The notes under the pieces are model-generated. The model saw only the letters and a program-made list of their open reading frames with translations. It searched no databases and was not told where the DNA came from. Shown here in pieces: positions 20,342-31,515 of a stretch of DNA of 64,000 nt. Origin of the DNA: Mycoplasmatota bacterium (GTDB lineage Bacteria; Bacillota_I; Bacilli_A; MAG-NZ). The position numbers were made by a program, and so were the translations under genes. Position 1 is the first letter of the stretch; each line of letters starts with the position of its first letter. The stretch is from positions 62,001 through 126,000 of the forward strand of contig CP074575.1 in NCBI GenBank assembly GCA_018394315.1, read 5' to 3'.

Positions 20342-20926
20342 GACTAAGAAATCAGTTATGAAAGAAGCTATTTACAAATCCTCTTTCAAAGATATGGCTT
20401 CTAGACTTAATATATCTTCTACTACTGTTTTGAGAATACTCAACGCTCATTGTAAACAATCAAGACTTGAATTGCCTAGTGTTTTAAGTATAGATGAATT
20501 CAAAGGAAATTCAGGTGGATATAAATACTTATATCATTGGTAGATCCAGTTAACAAAGCTATTATAGACATTGTTCCATGCAGACATAAAGATTAATTAG
20601 AGGAGTATTTCTCTAGATTTAGCTTAAAAGAGCGATTAAATGTACAAGTAGTGACCATGGATATGTGGCAAACATATAAGGATATCGTAATTCAATTCAT
20701 TCCGAATGCTACTATAGTAGCTGATGTATTTCATTTCGTAAGACATATCTATTGGGCTTTCAATAATACAAGAGTAAGAATTATGAAGAAACAGATAAAA
20801 ACATCAAAAGAGTATAGATATTTAAAGAAATATTGGAAGATATTAATTAAGAAATCTAATCTAGATATCCTCTCGCTGAACAATTGTGTACAAAAAAAGT
20901 ACCACCCAATATTGAAAGGTACTTAA
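20342..20926 (+). pseudogene. ISL3-family transposase fragment (frameshifted, truncated)
   Basis: LSIDEFKG, TMDMW, IVADVFHFV motifs across split ORFs. Confidence 0.8.
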
Positions 20927-20965
20927 TCATTACTTATTTGACACCCCTCCCTTGACAGAGAGCTG

Positions 20966-22345
20966 TTATTTATTGTTTTCTTCCATCCAAGCATTAGCAA
21001 GTAAAACTATATGTTCTTGAGCTTCTTCAGGAGTCATAGTTCCATCCCAAATAGCCTTTAAAGCATCCGTTATACCTATTGAATAATATACGCTCATAGC
21101 TCTTACTGAATCATTATTTGGTAAAGTATCCACCAATTCCATTTGACTATCAAGAAATGCTAACCCAATTTCAGATCTATTCTGATCTAATGAGTCAGGA
21201 TATATATATCCATCCTTTTGTATTGCAGGTATGTAAAACGAATTATCTAACATAGCTTCAATAGTATCAGGTGTATATAACCATCTTAACACTTCAGAAG
21301 AAGCTGACGGATACTTAGAACTACCGTTAATAACAAAACCATAAGTTTTCATCAAAGGAGTCAACTGTTTACCGTTCCATGTTGGCATTGGTCCAAACCT
21401 AAAGTTAGTGTTGTTAGCAGTCTCATTCTTAGAAACATCCATCCAAGTTCCAACTAGTGAAAATGGATATGCTTCTTTTGTTAAATACTCATCAAATCGC
21501 CATCTCATTGAACTAGCAGTTTTCTTGTTACCTATTTCATCAATGTTAATCCCTTGTTTTGAGAATGTATTTATAAACCTTAGACCATTTAAAAATTCTA
21601 TAGAATCGAAACCTGGGTTGCTTGAATCATCACCAAATAATTCCCAACCGTCAGACGTTAGTGCTGGGTACCCTGACCAAACTTCAGAAAGTGATATTGG
21701 AAATAATTCTGAGATCTTATTATCTTTATACTTAGGTAAACTATCAATATCAATATCAAGTATCTCTTCCCAAGTATCATAAGCATCAGGTAAATTATCA
21801 CTATCTTTATCAGTTGTATCTAATCCTAACTCTTCTAACATTGTTTCATTCCAGCTAAATATCATTCCCTCATAATATGCAGTAATATAAACTGTACTAC
21901 CAGTGTTTATAATATCAGTTACTTCAGTTATGGAGTTATCTTTAATTAAATCAGAAAAATAATCATGTAATACTAGAAAAGACTCTTCATTACCCACTAC
22001 TTCATTATCAACGACTAAAGCAATATCTGGAGCATCATCTTTATCAGTTTCAATACCTTTCACACCGGAATCACCACCACTAATAACACCATACATTTTA
22101 AATACTAACTTTCCTGATAATTCAGGAAAATCAGAATTCCACTTTTCAATTAAAGCTCGTCCCATAGATTCTTTATCAACACCAACTTCAATAATTGCTC
22201 CTTCTTCCCATCTAAAGACCTCATCAGACGCATTCCAACAAGCGATTGAACCATCTAATTCTTTACATTCATCATATCCACGAGAACAACCTGAAATTGT
22301 CACTAAAGATAGAATTAATATATGAAATCTTAACAGTTTTTTCAT
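20966..22345 (-). CDS. Sugar ABC-type solute-binding lipoprotein (orphan)
   Basis: Signal peptide with ISGC lipobox, TWEE, GTW, MTPEEA features of maltose-type SBPs. Confidence 0.7.
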   Translation of the reverse strand: MKKLLRFHILILSLVTISGCSRGYDECKELDGSIACWNASDEVFRWEEGAIIEVGVDKESMGRALIEKWNSDFPELSGKLVFKMYGVISGGDSGVKGIETDKDDAPDIALVVDNEVVGNEESFLVLHDYFSDLIKDNSITEVTDIINTGSTVYITAYYEGMIFSWNETMLEELGLDTTDKDSDNLPDAYDTWEEILDIDIDSLPKYKDNKISELFPISLSEVWSGYPALTSDGWELFGDDSSNPGFDSIEFLNGLRFINTFSKQGINIDEIGNKKTASSMRWRFDEYLTKEAYPFSLVGTWMDVSKNETANNTNFRFGPMPTWNGKQLTPLMKTYGFVINGSSKYPSASSEVLRWLYTPDTIEAMLDNSFYIPAIQKDGYIYPDSLDQNRSEIGLAFLDSQMELVDTLPNNDSVRAMSVYYSIGITDALKAIWDGTMTPEEAQEHIVLLANAWMEENNK

Positions 22346-22846
22346 GTACTTCCCTCCCATTTATTTTTTAACCCACTCATAAATAATACATCCTATTATT
22401 TCCAAAAACAAGATTAAAATCACATTCTATAGAATTCATTAATTTTATGAAGTCCGTAACCTTCTCGACTATGCATCCTTTTCGGATTGAAAATGGTATT
22501 ATACCTTGTCTATATATCGATGGGACATCGGAGGTGAATCAACCCATGAACACAAATTGAAGAAATTTCTTCCAGTTAATGCATATATTGGGTATTGTAC
22601 TTCATCCCTCAATAAAAGGTTCCTAATATTTTTCTTAAGAGGACTAACATAACTCTTAAATCCTTCTCGAACACTTACAGTAACACGCACTCTAGGTTTA
22701 GTTATTCTTGTTTTACCATCAAGAACATCCGCTTCTACGTTGTATTTTATCTAGTACCTCTCAAGCTTCATCGATCGTTGACATACTTTCTTTTTTAGCT
22801 AGTATTTAGCTTCGTTCTTTGATTTCTTGGCATCACTGTCTCTCCT

Positions 22847-22903
22847 ATATATAATAAATATGGATAAGAACTCCATGGGTTCTTATCCATATTTATTATA
22901 TAT
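22847..22903. repeat. 25-bp perfect inverted repeat with 7-nt spacer
   Basis: ATATATAATAAATATGGATAAGAAC-TCCATGG-GTTCTTATCCATATTTATTATATAT. Confidence 0.9.
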
Positions 22904-22909
22904 TCTTGT

Positions 22910-23365
22910 TGTTTCACGAGCTTCGGGTTTAGTCTAGAGGTTACTAACTACATCGTCTCTATGATTGCTCTTATTGCATCGTTCAGTTCAATAAGCTTAT
23001 TTTAGTTAAACTCTACGCATATCTAATTTATTGGCTAGAACCCCCAGAATCCTAAACTCCTTATCTATTGAGTCATTTATTATCTTTAAATTATCAATAC
23101 AAAATGTTTCTGTATCTACAACAGCGATTATTTCATCACTGCTGTTATTCCTTGTAACACTGAGTCTGACATAGTTGGTGAATAGTCCATTATTACGAAA
23201 TCATAATCACCTTTATGTTTCATTAATTAGTATAGCATCACGGTGTCACTTTTAATGGTATTGTACATGTCTGCTTGACTGTCATAATCAATGATAAGCA
23301 TCCTTGAAAGCTACAGAATTTTTACCCATTCCACCTTTTTTGTTTACAAAACTAATTTTCTTCAT
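22910..23365 (-). pseudogene. ParA/Soj ATPase remnant
   Basis: Pieces in shifting frames: MKKISFVNKKGGMGK, LIIDYDSQA, YDFVIMDYSP, SDEIIAVVDTE; 3' end approximate. Confidence 0.75.
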
Positions 23366-23458
23366 CTTAATTTCCTCTCTTTATTATAGGTGTTAGGTAA
23401 TTTTAATTGCATATGAAAAAAACCGACATATTTGTCCGCTAAGCTCTACACAATGGAT

Positions 23459-23803
23459 TTAGATGATTAGCATATTTTTGAATTTCCTAAACAGTGTTTT
23501 AGTTCTATCCAATTCTTCTTTGATTGCTTTTTTATCAACACCATAATCTGCATTATTCATGATTCTTGTAACTTCATCAATTCTTTCTTGGAGAATAAAT
23601 TTTATAGTTTGTTTTTCTATATCTGTTAATAACTTTTCAATTTCATCCACTATTCCAAGTTCCTCTCGCAAATCTACATACATACAAGGTAAACACACAT
23701 CTCCACCAAAGGCGGCATTGTGTCCCATTGGTTCACCACAATTAGGACAACTTCCATCTTCATTTGGTAAAATTCTACACATACTATTTCCTCTTTTCTT
23801 CAA
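23459..23803 (-). CDS. Small CxxC...CxxC protein, mobile-element-like hypothetical
   Basis: CPNC and CLPC motifs. Confidence 0.5.
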   Translation of the reverse strand: MKKRGNSMCRILPNEDGSCPNCGEPMGHNAAFGGDVCLPCMYVDLREELGIVDEIEKLLTDIEKQTIKFILQERIDEVTRIMNNADYGVDKKAIKEELDRTKTLFRKFKNMLII

Positions 23804-23851
23804 TCTTCTTTGTAATATTTATTCGATACTTTATTATTTACGTCTTTTTGA

Positions 23852-24043
23852 CTATAGTTCTTTCATAGTTTCTTTCTCTATCTGCCTAATTTTTGAAGCT
23901 ACTTCAGTTGTATCTTCTTCTGTTGGAAACAATGAAATCTTAGTTGTGCTTAATCCCCAACTAAAATAGTGTTCATTCAATACTTCAACATATTTCCTAT
24001 AATTATCAGAAACTAAAACTTCTATATAAAACAATTCTATCAC
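23852..24043 (-). CDS. Small hypothetical protein (mobile-element remnant region)
   Basis: Short ORF with AAGGTG SD-like sequence; no family recognised. Confidence 0.3.
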   Translation of the reverse strand: MIELFYIEVLVSDNYRKYVEVLNEHYFSWGLSTTKISLFPTEEDTTEVASKIRQIEKETMKEL

Positions 24044-24791
24044 CTTACTTTTTTTTGTGCATCCATGCAGTCATCCTACCATCGTAATCATCAGCCACAT
24101 AGTATTTACCATCAGCAACACAACAAAGACATTTCTGTGTGATTAGTTTCAGTTGTCCATCTCTAAAATATGTAATCCTGTTATCATTAAGTTTTTCTAC
24201 TACACATTTTAAATCAATGCTATTTTTTTCTAAGTATTAAATAATTTATGACCGTGTATTCGATAAGTGTAACTTCAAGTGGTTCCCAGTAATTGCTTGG
24301 TGAAAACTCATCTAGATTCTCATTGCTAATATCACATACTGTATACATCCAGATATCATTCATAATCTTAGTAAACATATAAGGATGTCGCCTATTAATC
24401 CACCGTGTTTTATGTCCAAGTAATTTTCAATTTCATTTAATGAAATCTCTATAAAAAATCCACCATTGTCATTTACCCATATTCGATCATGAAAACAACT
24501 ATTATACACCAAAGATAACTCTGGTGATATAGCACCCTTAACATCATCATACAAAGGCTTTTTTACCTTATCATATAGTGTTATCCCCCCCAAATCAGTA
24601 TAAAACTGAATTAGGGTTTAAATAACTTTTTTCTGTCTACGAACTCTTTACAAGTTCATTAATCATCCTTTTCTTTTCAGAATCATTTATAATAAAAAGT
24701 TTATGACCCTTGATGTGTGTCCTTAATAGTTCTGGTAGCCCTCATGTTGTTAAGTTATAATCCATACAATCAAAAATTGATTATGTGGAAT

Positions 24792-26492
24792 CTATTGCAT
24801 TACTAAATATGAATTCAAGAATGATGCTAATTGTTTCTTTTTGTTTCTACCTCTTGGGATATTTAATTGTTCAATAAGTTCGTCAATCTCATCATCATTT
24901 AAATTAATTAAAGATTTCAAGTAAAATTTAGCCCTTGAAGCACCGACGTAATATATTAATTTATTTTCTAGAATAGTATTTTTATCAATATCAACGATAA
25001 TAACAGCATCAGATTCTAAACCCTTAAACTTTCTTATAGTTGTAAATTCAACCTCTGTGTTATTTAATTTCATATAACCATTATTAATATACTCATTTAA
25101 ACTTGAACTTTCTATCGTTTTAGCAGTTAGAATAACTATATTTTCAATTTTTGATTGTAGTAAATTACTAATCATTTTACTAACTTCATTAAAGTTGTTT
25201 TGAACACCTTCAATTATTGTACATTCAGGTAATTCACCTGTTACTGCGCCATCTTTTAATTTTGGTTCTTTTTCTAGCAATGACATTGAATTTTTAGCAA
25301 TGTTATATGTGTTTCTACAATTCTTATATAGGGTAATCTTACAATCTGCATCAGCAATGTATTCAGGAATGTTTTCTCCCTGTACTAACTGAAGTTTATC
25401 ATAAAATATATAAAGCGAACCATCTCTTTCTTCCATTATTAAACTTAAATATTCTATTACTTGTTGATCCTCTAAGTTATCTTTTCCGAAGTCTTGACCT
25501 TCATCAATTATAATATGATCATACTCAAATGAGTTAGGCGCTTCACATGCAAGCAATAACTTATTACATAAAATTTCAAATGAATAAAACGGAGTCTTTG
25601 TGTATTTGATTGCAAATTTATCTATCGTATAAAAATCTATGTTTGAATTTTTATAGTTATCTTCTAAATATCGCTGAAGTTTTTTATTGTAACACAAAAA
25701 TAGTACCTTTTCGTTATTAGCAGCATGTCTATTTGCTTTTTCTAAAGCTATCATAGTTTTTCCTGTTCCGGCTTGCCCACTTATAATAGCACTTTTTTGC
25801 TCTTCTAAGAAGTCCAATAATCGCTTCTGTTCTTCTAGTAATATATTAAACTTTTGTTCTTTAATATCATGTTCATGTGATACGGTTGGAACAAGATTAA
25901 ACGTTGGACAAAAAATATTATTAATCATATATTCTGTTTCAGTTTTATTTAGTGGATTATGTTCAAAACGGTTTGATGATGAATTATATATTCGGACAAT
26001 TGCTGATTCTATCTCATTTAAATCATCTTTTGAAATAATTAAATCTTTTGGACTTTCCGATGGAAAAACCCTACTACTAATAGCAGCATTTGAAATTGAT
26101 GGAAAGCACACAGCGTGCATAAATAGACATTTCCTACTTATATCAAATCGATTTCCTCTGTTAGCAATTAATTCCATCAATTTATACTTGTTAAGCTGAG
26201 CTTGATTAAAGGGTCCATCATGTTTCATAAGTTGACCTGACCCATATAGCCATTGACCATTTTCATACCTAACTTGACCAGCTTTTGCCTCAACAACTAT
26301 TACTCCCTTATTCTTATTAAAAATAATGAAATCAGCTTCACCTTCCACTATTCTCTTGTCCTTAAAATACACCATACCAAAAGAATGAAAAACATAATAA
26401 TCATCACTTAAATTTTGTAGTGCACTGTATATTACGCCTTCCTTACTCTCCAATTTAAAACTTCGTGGCATTGGTGGAATCATTCTTGCCAT
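24792..26492 (-). CDS. NERD nuclease fused to SF1 (UvrD-like) helicase
   Basis: EADF...VEAK nuclease core; GQAGTGKT, DEGQD, NCRN, FKGLE, YVGASRA. Confidence 0.85.
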   Translation of the reverse strand: MARMIPPMPRSFKLESKEGVIYSALQNLSDDYYVFHSFGMVYFKDKRIVEGEADFIIFNKNKGVIVVEAKAGQVRYENGQWLYGSGQLMKHDGPFNQAQLNKYKLMELIANRGNRFDISRKCLFMHAVCFPSISNAAISSRVFPSESPKDLIISKDDLNEIESAIVRIYNSSSNRFEHNPLNKTETEYMINNIFCPTFNLVPTVSHEHDIKEQKFNILLEEQKRLLDFLEEQKSAIISGQAGTGKTMIALEKANRHAANNEKVLFLCYNKKLQRYLEDNYKNSNIDFYTIDKFAIKYTKTPFYSFEILCNKLLLACEAPNSFEYDHIIIDEGQDFGKDNLEDQQVIEYLSLIMEERDGSLYIFYDKLQLVQGENIPEYIADADCKITLYKNCRNTYNIAKNSMSLLEKEPKLKDGAVTGELPECTIIEGVQNNFNEVSKMISNLLQSKIENIVILTAKTIESSSLNEYINNGYMKLNNTEVEFTTIRKFKGLESDAVIIVDIDKNTILENKLIYYVGASRAKFYLKSLINLNDDEIDELIEQLNIPRGRNKKKQLASFLNSYLVMQ

Positions 26493-26496
26493 AAAA

Positions 26497-29400
26497 TCAC
26501 CCTTTCATGATCTTATCCAATGTTACAACTTCCCAATCAGAATAAGTATTATCAATATCAACATCATCAAATAAATATATAATTTTATTAGTGTTATTTA
26601 TGGCATCAACAGCATATTTTTCTCCATTAATTTCTACATCAGACATATAATAAATCTTATCGTTAATATTGTTTTTTTTTCTTAAGAAGTCAATACATAT
26701 AATTTTATCTTCTTTAGAAATTTGTAAATCTTCAACTATGTAATCATAATCTCTACCAGATATATCCATGCCTAACTTGATTATTTTAATATTTTTACTT
26801 ATTCTTTCTGGTGGTGTATCAAAAAGTTCTTCTTGAAAATCATTGATATCATTTAATACCCCTTTAATTACTTTTATTGCCAAACCTCTTTTTAAATGTT
26901 CATGAACTTTTTGATTTTGATAATTTCTTAAACAACTATAACAGGAGGTGTTCTCTTCACAACAATCCTTCTCTAATAAATATACTGCAGCTTCTAAGAC
27001 TGTTACAACATTTGCTTTCCTCATAATCCTCTTAACATGACCTGCACCACCAGGCACTTGGTCAAATAAAATTATTTGTGTTCCATTAGATTGATGTATC
27101 AATCCATTTATATCTCGTCTTTCAATATTAAAAACATATGATATTGCATTTAATATTGCATATAGCGTTGATAACGAACCCTCTTTTGTTAACTTATTGC
27201 TTGAATCAAATGAAAGTTTTAAAACGTCTGTTCTAAAATTATGAGCTAAATGATGTTTTTCAAGGTTCTTTTGGAGACATTCTCTTCCATTTTTGTTTTT
27301 ATGAGTCTTTTTAGCCCGTTTAGAAGGTCTATTTGCATTTTTCTTATCAATTTCTGCGTAACCACATTTTTCACATATAAAGAATGGTGATTTATTAAGG
27401 CTTATTAACTCATCATTTTTGCTTGACTCCACACTTAAATATTTAGTTAAGAGATACTTATCATGATTACTCACACCATTTCCAATATACTTTGTTTCAC
27501 CTGCAAAAGTCTTTTTAGGTTTTAACCTTGTAGTTTTTAGTGGTTTACTCTCAGTTGCAAAACCATATGATGGAACTATGTACCTATTCATAGTACCTCT
27601 CTCGGTACCGCAAATAGGGCATGCATCCATTTTTTCACTTGTTTGTGTATAGTCAGTTACAAGTGCATTACAGTTCGTACATTCAAAATAAAACCTAGAT
27701 TCTAATTTCTTAAATTCTCCAGTTGGAAACTTAATATATCTTGAAGTATATTTCTTTTTATCGATAAATATCTCTGATTCAGGAGCAAACTCAGAGATTG
27801 CAATTCCTAAGTCCCTACTTGGACTTGAATTATCTTTAGTTTTGAAGGAAGCAAAATCTTTAGATATTTCTAAATTAACTACATCAACTGGAAATCCATA
27901 CTTTGGTATAACAATGTATGATGTAAGTGTTGATATTAATTGACCATCCTTTATTCTATCTATTTGATAATTTATGTTTGTTGCCATTCTAGTTGCATTT
28001 GAACTTCCATCTTTTAGAAGTAGTTTTTTCTCTTCTTCTAATTTGTTTATTTCATCTTCTATAGTACGGCACATTTTGTTTATACTTGAATCATCATTAG
28101 TTATTTCATTTATCCAACCTGAGTGTATTGAATCCATGAATAAATCACTAAGGATTGCATTTGTAATATAGTCTTCTAATTCAATTGGATTATCTTTTAC
28201 ATAGTCAATGAATTTATCAACTATTTTATTGTTCAAAAACTCTCCAATTGTGTTAACATATAACTCTTCATTTTTACTAAAGAACATTCCTAAGGCTGCT
28301 GCCATAATATGTCTCATAACGATCTTTTTATTTGAGATGTCAAAGTAAGGGGGTCTAACAACACCTTTTATCATATCCTCAGGATTTGAAAAGTATGTAA
28401 AATCATGAGAACTAAAGCCACAGTATGTTAGAACAAATGCTTCATTGCTATTTCTCCTCCCAGCTCTACCTGCTCTTTGAGAATAGTTTGATGGTGTAGG
28501 TGGAACATTTCGTAAAAATACATCATCTAAGGAACCTATATCAATTCCCATTTCGAACGTTGTTGAACTACTTAGAACATTTATTTCCTTCTTCTTAAAT
28601 TTTTTCTGGAATTTCTTACCTTTAATTTTTCCTAATTGAGATGTATGCTCTTCGACAATTAATCTTTCGATTACTTTATTCTGATACTGTTTTTTATAAA
28701 AACTACCTATATTACTTACTTCTTTTCCTTCATTATAAGTTTTTAATTTACCAGTACAACCGTAACCAATACAAGTATTTCTTACATTATTAAGTGTTAA
28801 CTTACCACACTTTTCACATATATACCACGTTAAGTTTTTTCCACTAATTACGTTGTAATTACTTACATTTATTTGTTTCTTATATTTTGCGTCTGGAAGA
28901 CTCTCAAATATATTCAACTTTTCGCAAAAACGCCATATCTCCTCAGCAAGATTTCTAGCACAATCTGCATTATTATTCAAAACTCTTGTTAAGTAAGAAA
29001 TAAGCTTATTTGATTTTATTTTTTTTCTAGTAGTTCCACTTGGCATAAAAGACCTTACACTATTACTTTCCCTAAGTTCTTTTTCAACAACTTGTACCTT
29101 AACCACAGTATTGTTATAACTTCTATAAGCTAGTTCATCTTCTAACTTGTCCTTATCTAGTTCATGTTTTTTATATGCTATTGCTGGTGCCATTCTAAAC
29201 ACATCAAGAGCCTCATGAATTAAAGCAATTATTTCATCAATGTTAAACTGACTTAATTCCTGATAATAACCTTCTGTTAGAAATTCATTAATAATACCTT
29301 TTTTTAATTTCTTCAATCTAAATCCAAATAAGCCAAGTCCTTCACCACTAAACTGTCCATCCACTTTAAGTAATTCAGATAATGTTGCAATCCAAGCTTC

Positions 29401-31515
29401 TGTCTTATATGCTTCTTCCAGGTCCCCTTCAGCATTTATTATTTTTCTTCTTTGAATATACTCCTCCATTTCACCAGTTAATTCTTTGAATGAAAGTGAA
29501 TCATCTAACTCTAGCATTTTTAAAATTAATCTTTTTCTCAAAAATCTAAGATGGTTTAACTCTAGAAACTTCGCATAAAAACTTGCCTGTTGTACCGAGT
29601 CGGAAAAGGCAATAAATTGTTTAGGTTTTTCACCTGACATTGTTTGAAGATTCATTTGTCCAAGTAATGAAGTTGCTTCATCTTTTTGAATATGAAATGC
29701 CCTTACTACACCACTTCTACTTTTTTGTTCACAAATAGGACATTTTTTTATGTTATTAGGCATTCGTTTTTTTTCTTCAACATGATATACAGAAAACTTG
29801 TAATTGCGTGAGCATTCGCAATCAATTGAATTAACATTTTTAATTCTCTTTAAGTGTCCACATTTTTGACATAAAATATATTCTACTACTTCCTCTGAAT
29901 TTACATCTATATGATTTCTATTTACCAGTAAAAAATCAATATTCTTTAGTTCTTTACTTTTTTCAGAATCACCATAGTTTTCATATATATCAACTTCATC
30001 ATTTTGAATAAATTTATTACTATTTTGCGCGATATGACCTATATAGTATGTAGATGAACAAAATTTGCATGTCCCTAATTCATATGCTTTTAAATCATCA
30101 ATTGTTTTTGTTCTATTGAATGCAACTTTCAAGTTTGGTTTAAATACTGCAAAAGCTCCAAAAGGCGTTCTTATGAACACGTGATATTTATAATCAAGCA
30201 ATCCGCGACGGTTAGATTCAGCTAATGATATTAGGTTAATATATTTCACAAATGTCTCCATAGATAAATCAAATTCGTTATATAAATCATTATATATTTC
30301 GCTAAATAATATAATATTTTTGTAATTAGCAATATATAAGAATATATTATCATTTAGTAGTAGATTGTATATTGTTTCATTAACATCATCTGTTGCTTCT
30401 ACATTATATTTGTTAGCAATAGAAGCTAGAATCTCTTCATATTGCTCGCTTTCTATGTTTCGATAGATTTTGTTAATATCTTCAACTTCTAAAGTGTATT
30501 TGCCATACTTTGGATATTCTATCCTATCAGAAAACACAATGTTTTCTTTGGTATATGAAGAATTAGTTAAACTTGATGCAAAATCTATTATTTCAGATAT
30601 GCTTTCTTCTCCTTTACCTAAAGTCGCACTTGTTAAGGCATACTGCACTTTCCCGTTTGTAAATTTACCAACTAATCGTCTTAATAAGTGACTTAACTCA
30701 ATTCCTTTAGAACCAGTATAAACATGAGCCTCATCCATAACAATGTATTTCCAGTTTTTTGTATTTTGTTTTACAAATATTTTTTGATCATGTGGTCTAA
30801 TTAAAATATACTCTAACATTGAATAGTTGGTGAATAATAGCATTGGGGGATTTTCTCTCATTTCATCTCTACTTCTAATTTCATTTTCTGGATATGGTAT
30901 GAATAAATCACCTTCTGCATCAAAATCAGCTTTTTCTCTTGAGTCAGCGTTTCTAACATCTTCTACAGTGTGTAATGTATCACCAGTAAATGAACCAAAA
31001 GTTATCTCAGGATAATCTTTAAGTATTTCTCTTAATCTAATTAACTGGTCATTTACTAGTGCATTCATGGGATATAAAAAAACAGCTTTGATTCCTTTAC
31101 TTTGAACACCGTTATCTAAGTCATTTAGAATGTCATTAATAATTGGAAATAAAAAACTTTCTGTCTTACCAGAACCTGTTCCTGTGGTAATAACAGCGTT
31201 TTCTCCACTTGACAATAAATTCAGTGCATTGTATTGATGTTGATATAGCTGCATTTGTAAATCAATACTAGATAACTGTCCAAAACGTTTTGACAAAAGA
31301 CCATTTTCTATAAGGTACTCTATTGAATAACTGCTTTTAAACGGCTTATTAATACTTAAATATGGACCCTTCATTATATCCATATTATTTATTCCATCAA
31401 TTAACAATTTTCTTAATTCTTTATCATCAACAAATACTGATGACATTAGGTATTCTTTGAACTCATTTTTAATAATTTTTGCTCTCTCTAATGGACTTAC
31501 ATACATACCTATCAC
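26497..31515 (-). CDS. Large SF2 DEAH helicase with Zn ribbons and C-terminal DUF1998 (DruE-like)
   Basis: TGTGSGKT, YPMNAL, DEAH, TSAT, EMGIDIG, QRAGRAGR; FDQVPGGAG...CC..NTSCYSCL; many CxxC. Confidence 0.88.
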   Translation of the reverse strand: MIGMYVSPLERAKIIKNEFKEYLMSSVFVDDKELRKLLIDGINNMDIMKGPYLSINKPFKSSYSIEYLIENGLLSKRFGQLSSIDLQMQLYQHQYNALNLLSSGENAVITTGTGSGKTESFLFPIINDILNDLDNGVQSKGIKAVFLYPMNALVNDQLIRLREILKDYPEITFGSFTGDTLHTVEDVRNADSREKADFDAEGDLFIPYPENEIRSRDEMRENPPMLLFTNYSMLEYILIRPHDQKIFVKQNTKNWKYIVMDEAHVYTGSKGIELSHLLRRLVGKFTNGKVQYALTSATLGKGEESISEIIDFASSLTNSSYTKENIVFSDRIEYPKYGKYTLEVEDINKIYRNIESEQYEEILASIANKYNVEATDDVNETIYNLLLNDNIFLYIANYKNIILFSEIYNDLYNEFDLSMETFVKYINLISLAESNRRGLLDYKYHVFIRTPFGAFAVFKPNLKVAFNRTKTIDDLKAYELGTCKFCSSTYYIGHIAQNSNKFIQNDEVDIYENYGDSEKSKELKNIDFLLVNRNHIDVNSEEVVEYILCQKCGHLKRIKNVNSIDCECSRNYKFSVYHVEEKKRMPNNIKKCPICEQKSRSGVVRAFHIQKDEATSLLGQMNLQTMSGEKPKQFIAFSDSVQQASFYAKFLELNHLRFLRKRLILKMLELDDSLSFKELTGEMEEYIQRRKIINAEGDLEEAYKTEAWIATLSELLKVDGQFSGEGLGLFGFRLKKLKKGIINEFLTEGYYQELSQFNIDEIIALIHEALDVFRMAPAIAYKKHELDKDKLEDELAYRSYNNTVVKVQVVEKELRESNSVRSFMPSGTTRKKIKSNKLISYLTRVLNNNADCARNLAEEIWRFCEKLNIFESLPDAKYKKQINVSNYNVISGKNLTWYICEKCGKLTLNNVRNTCIGYGCTGKLKTYNEGKEVSNIGSFYKKQYQNKVIERLIVEEHTSQLGKIKGKKFQKKFKKKEINVLSSSTTFEMGIDIGSLDDVFLRNVPPTPSNYSQRAGRAGRRNSNEAFVLTYCGFSSHDFTYFSNPEDMIKGVVRPPYFDISNKKIVMRHIMAAALGMFFSKNEELYVNTIGEFLNNKIVDKFIDYVKDNPIELEDYITNAILSDLFMDSIHSGWINEITNDDSSINKMCRTIEDEINKLEEEKKLLLKDGSSNATRMATNINYQIDRIKDGQLISTLTSYIVIPKYGFPVDVVNLEISKDFASFKTKDNSSPSRDLGIAISEFAPESEIFIDKKKYTSRYIKFPTGEFKKLESRFYFECTNCNALVTDYTQTSEKMDACPICGTERGTMNRYIVPSYGFATESKPLKTTRLKPKKTFAGETKYIGNGVSNHDKYLLTKYLSVESSKNDELISLNKSPFFICEKCGYAEIDKKNANRPSKRAKKTHKNKNGRECLQKNLEKHHLAHNFRTDVLKLSFDSSNKLTKEGSLSTLYAILNAISYVFNIERRDINGLIHQSNGTQIILFDQVPGGAGHVKRIMRKANVVTVLEAAVYLLEKDCCEENTSCYSCLRNYQNQKVHEHLKRGLAIKVIKGVLNDINDFQEELFDTPPERISKNIKIIKLGMDISGRDYDYIVEDLQISKEDKIICIDFLRKKNNINDKIYYMSDVEINGEKYAVDAINNTNKIIYLFDDVDIDNTYSDWEVVTLDKIMKG

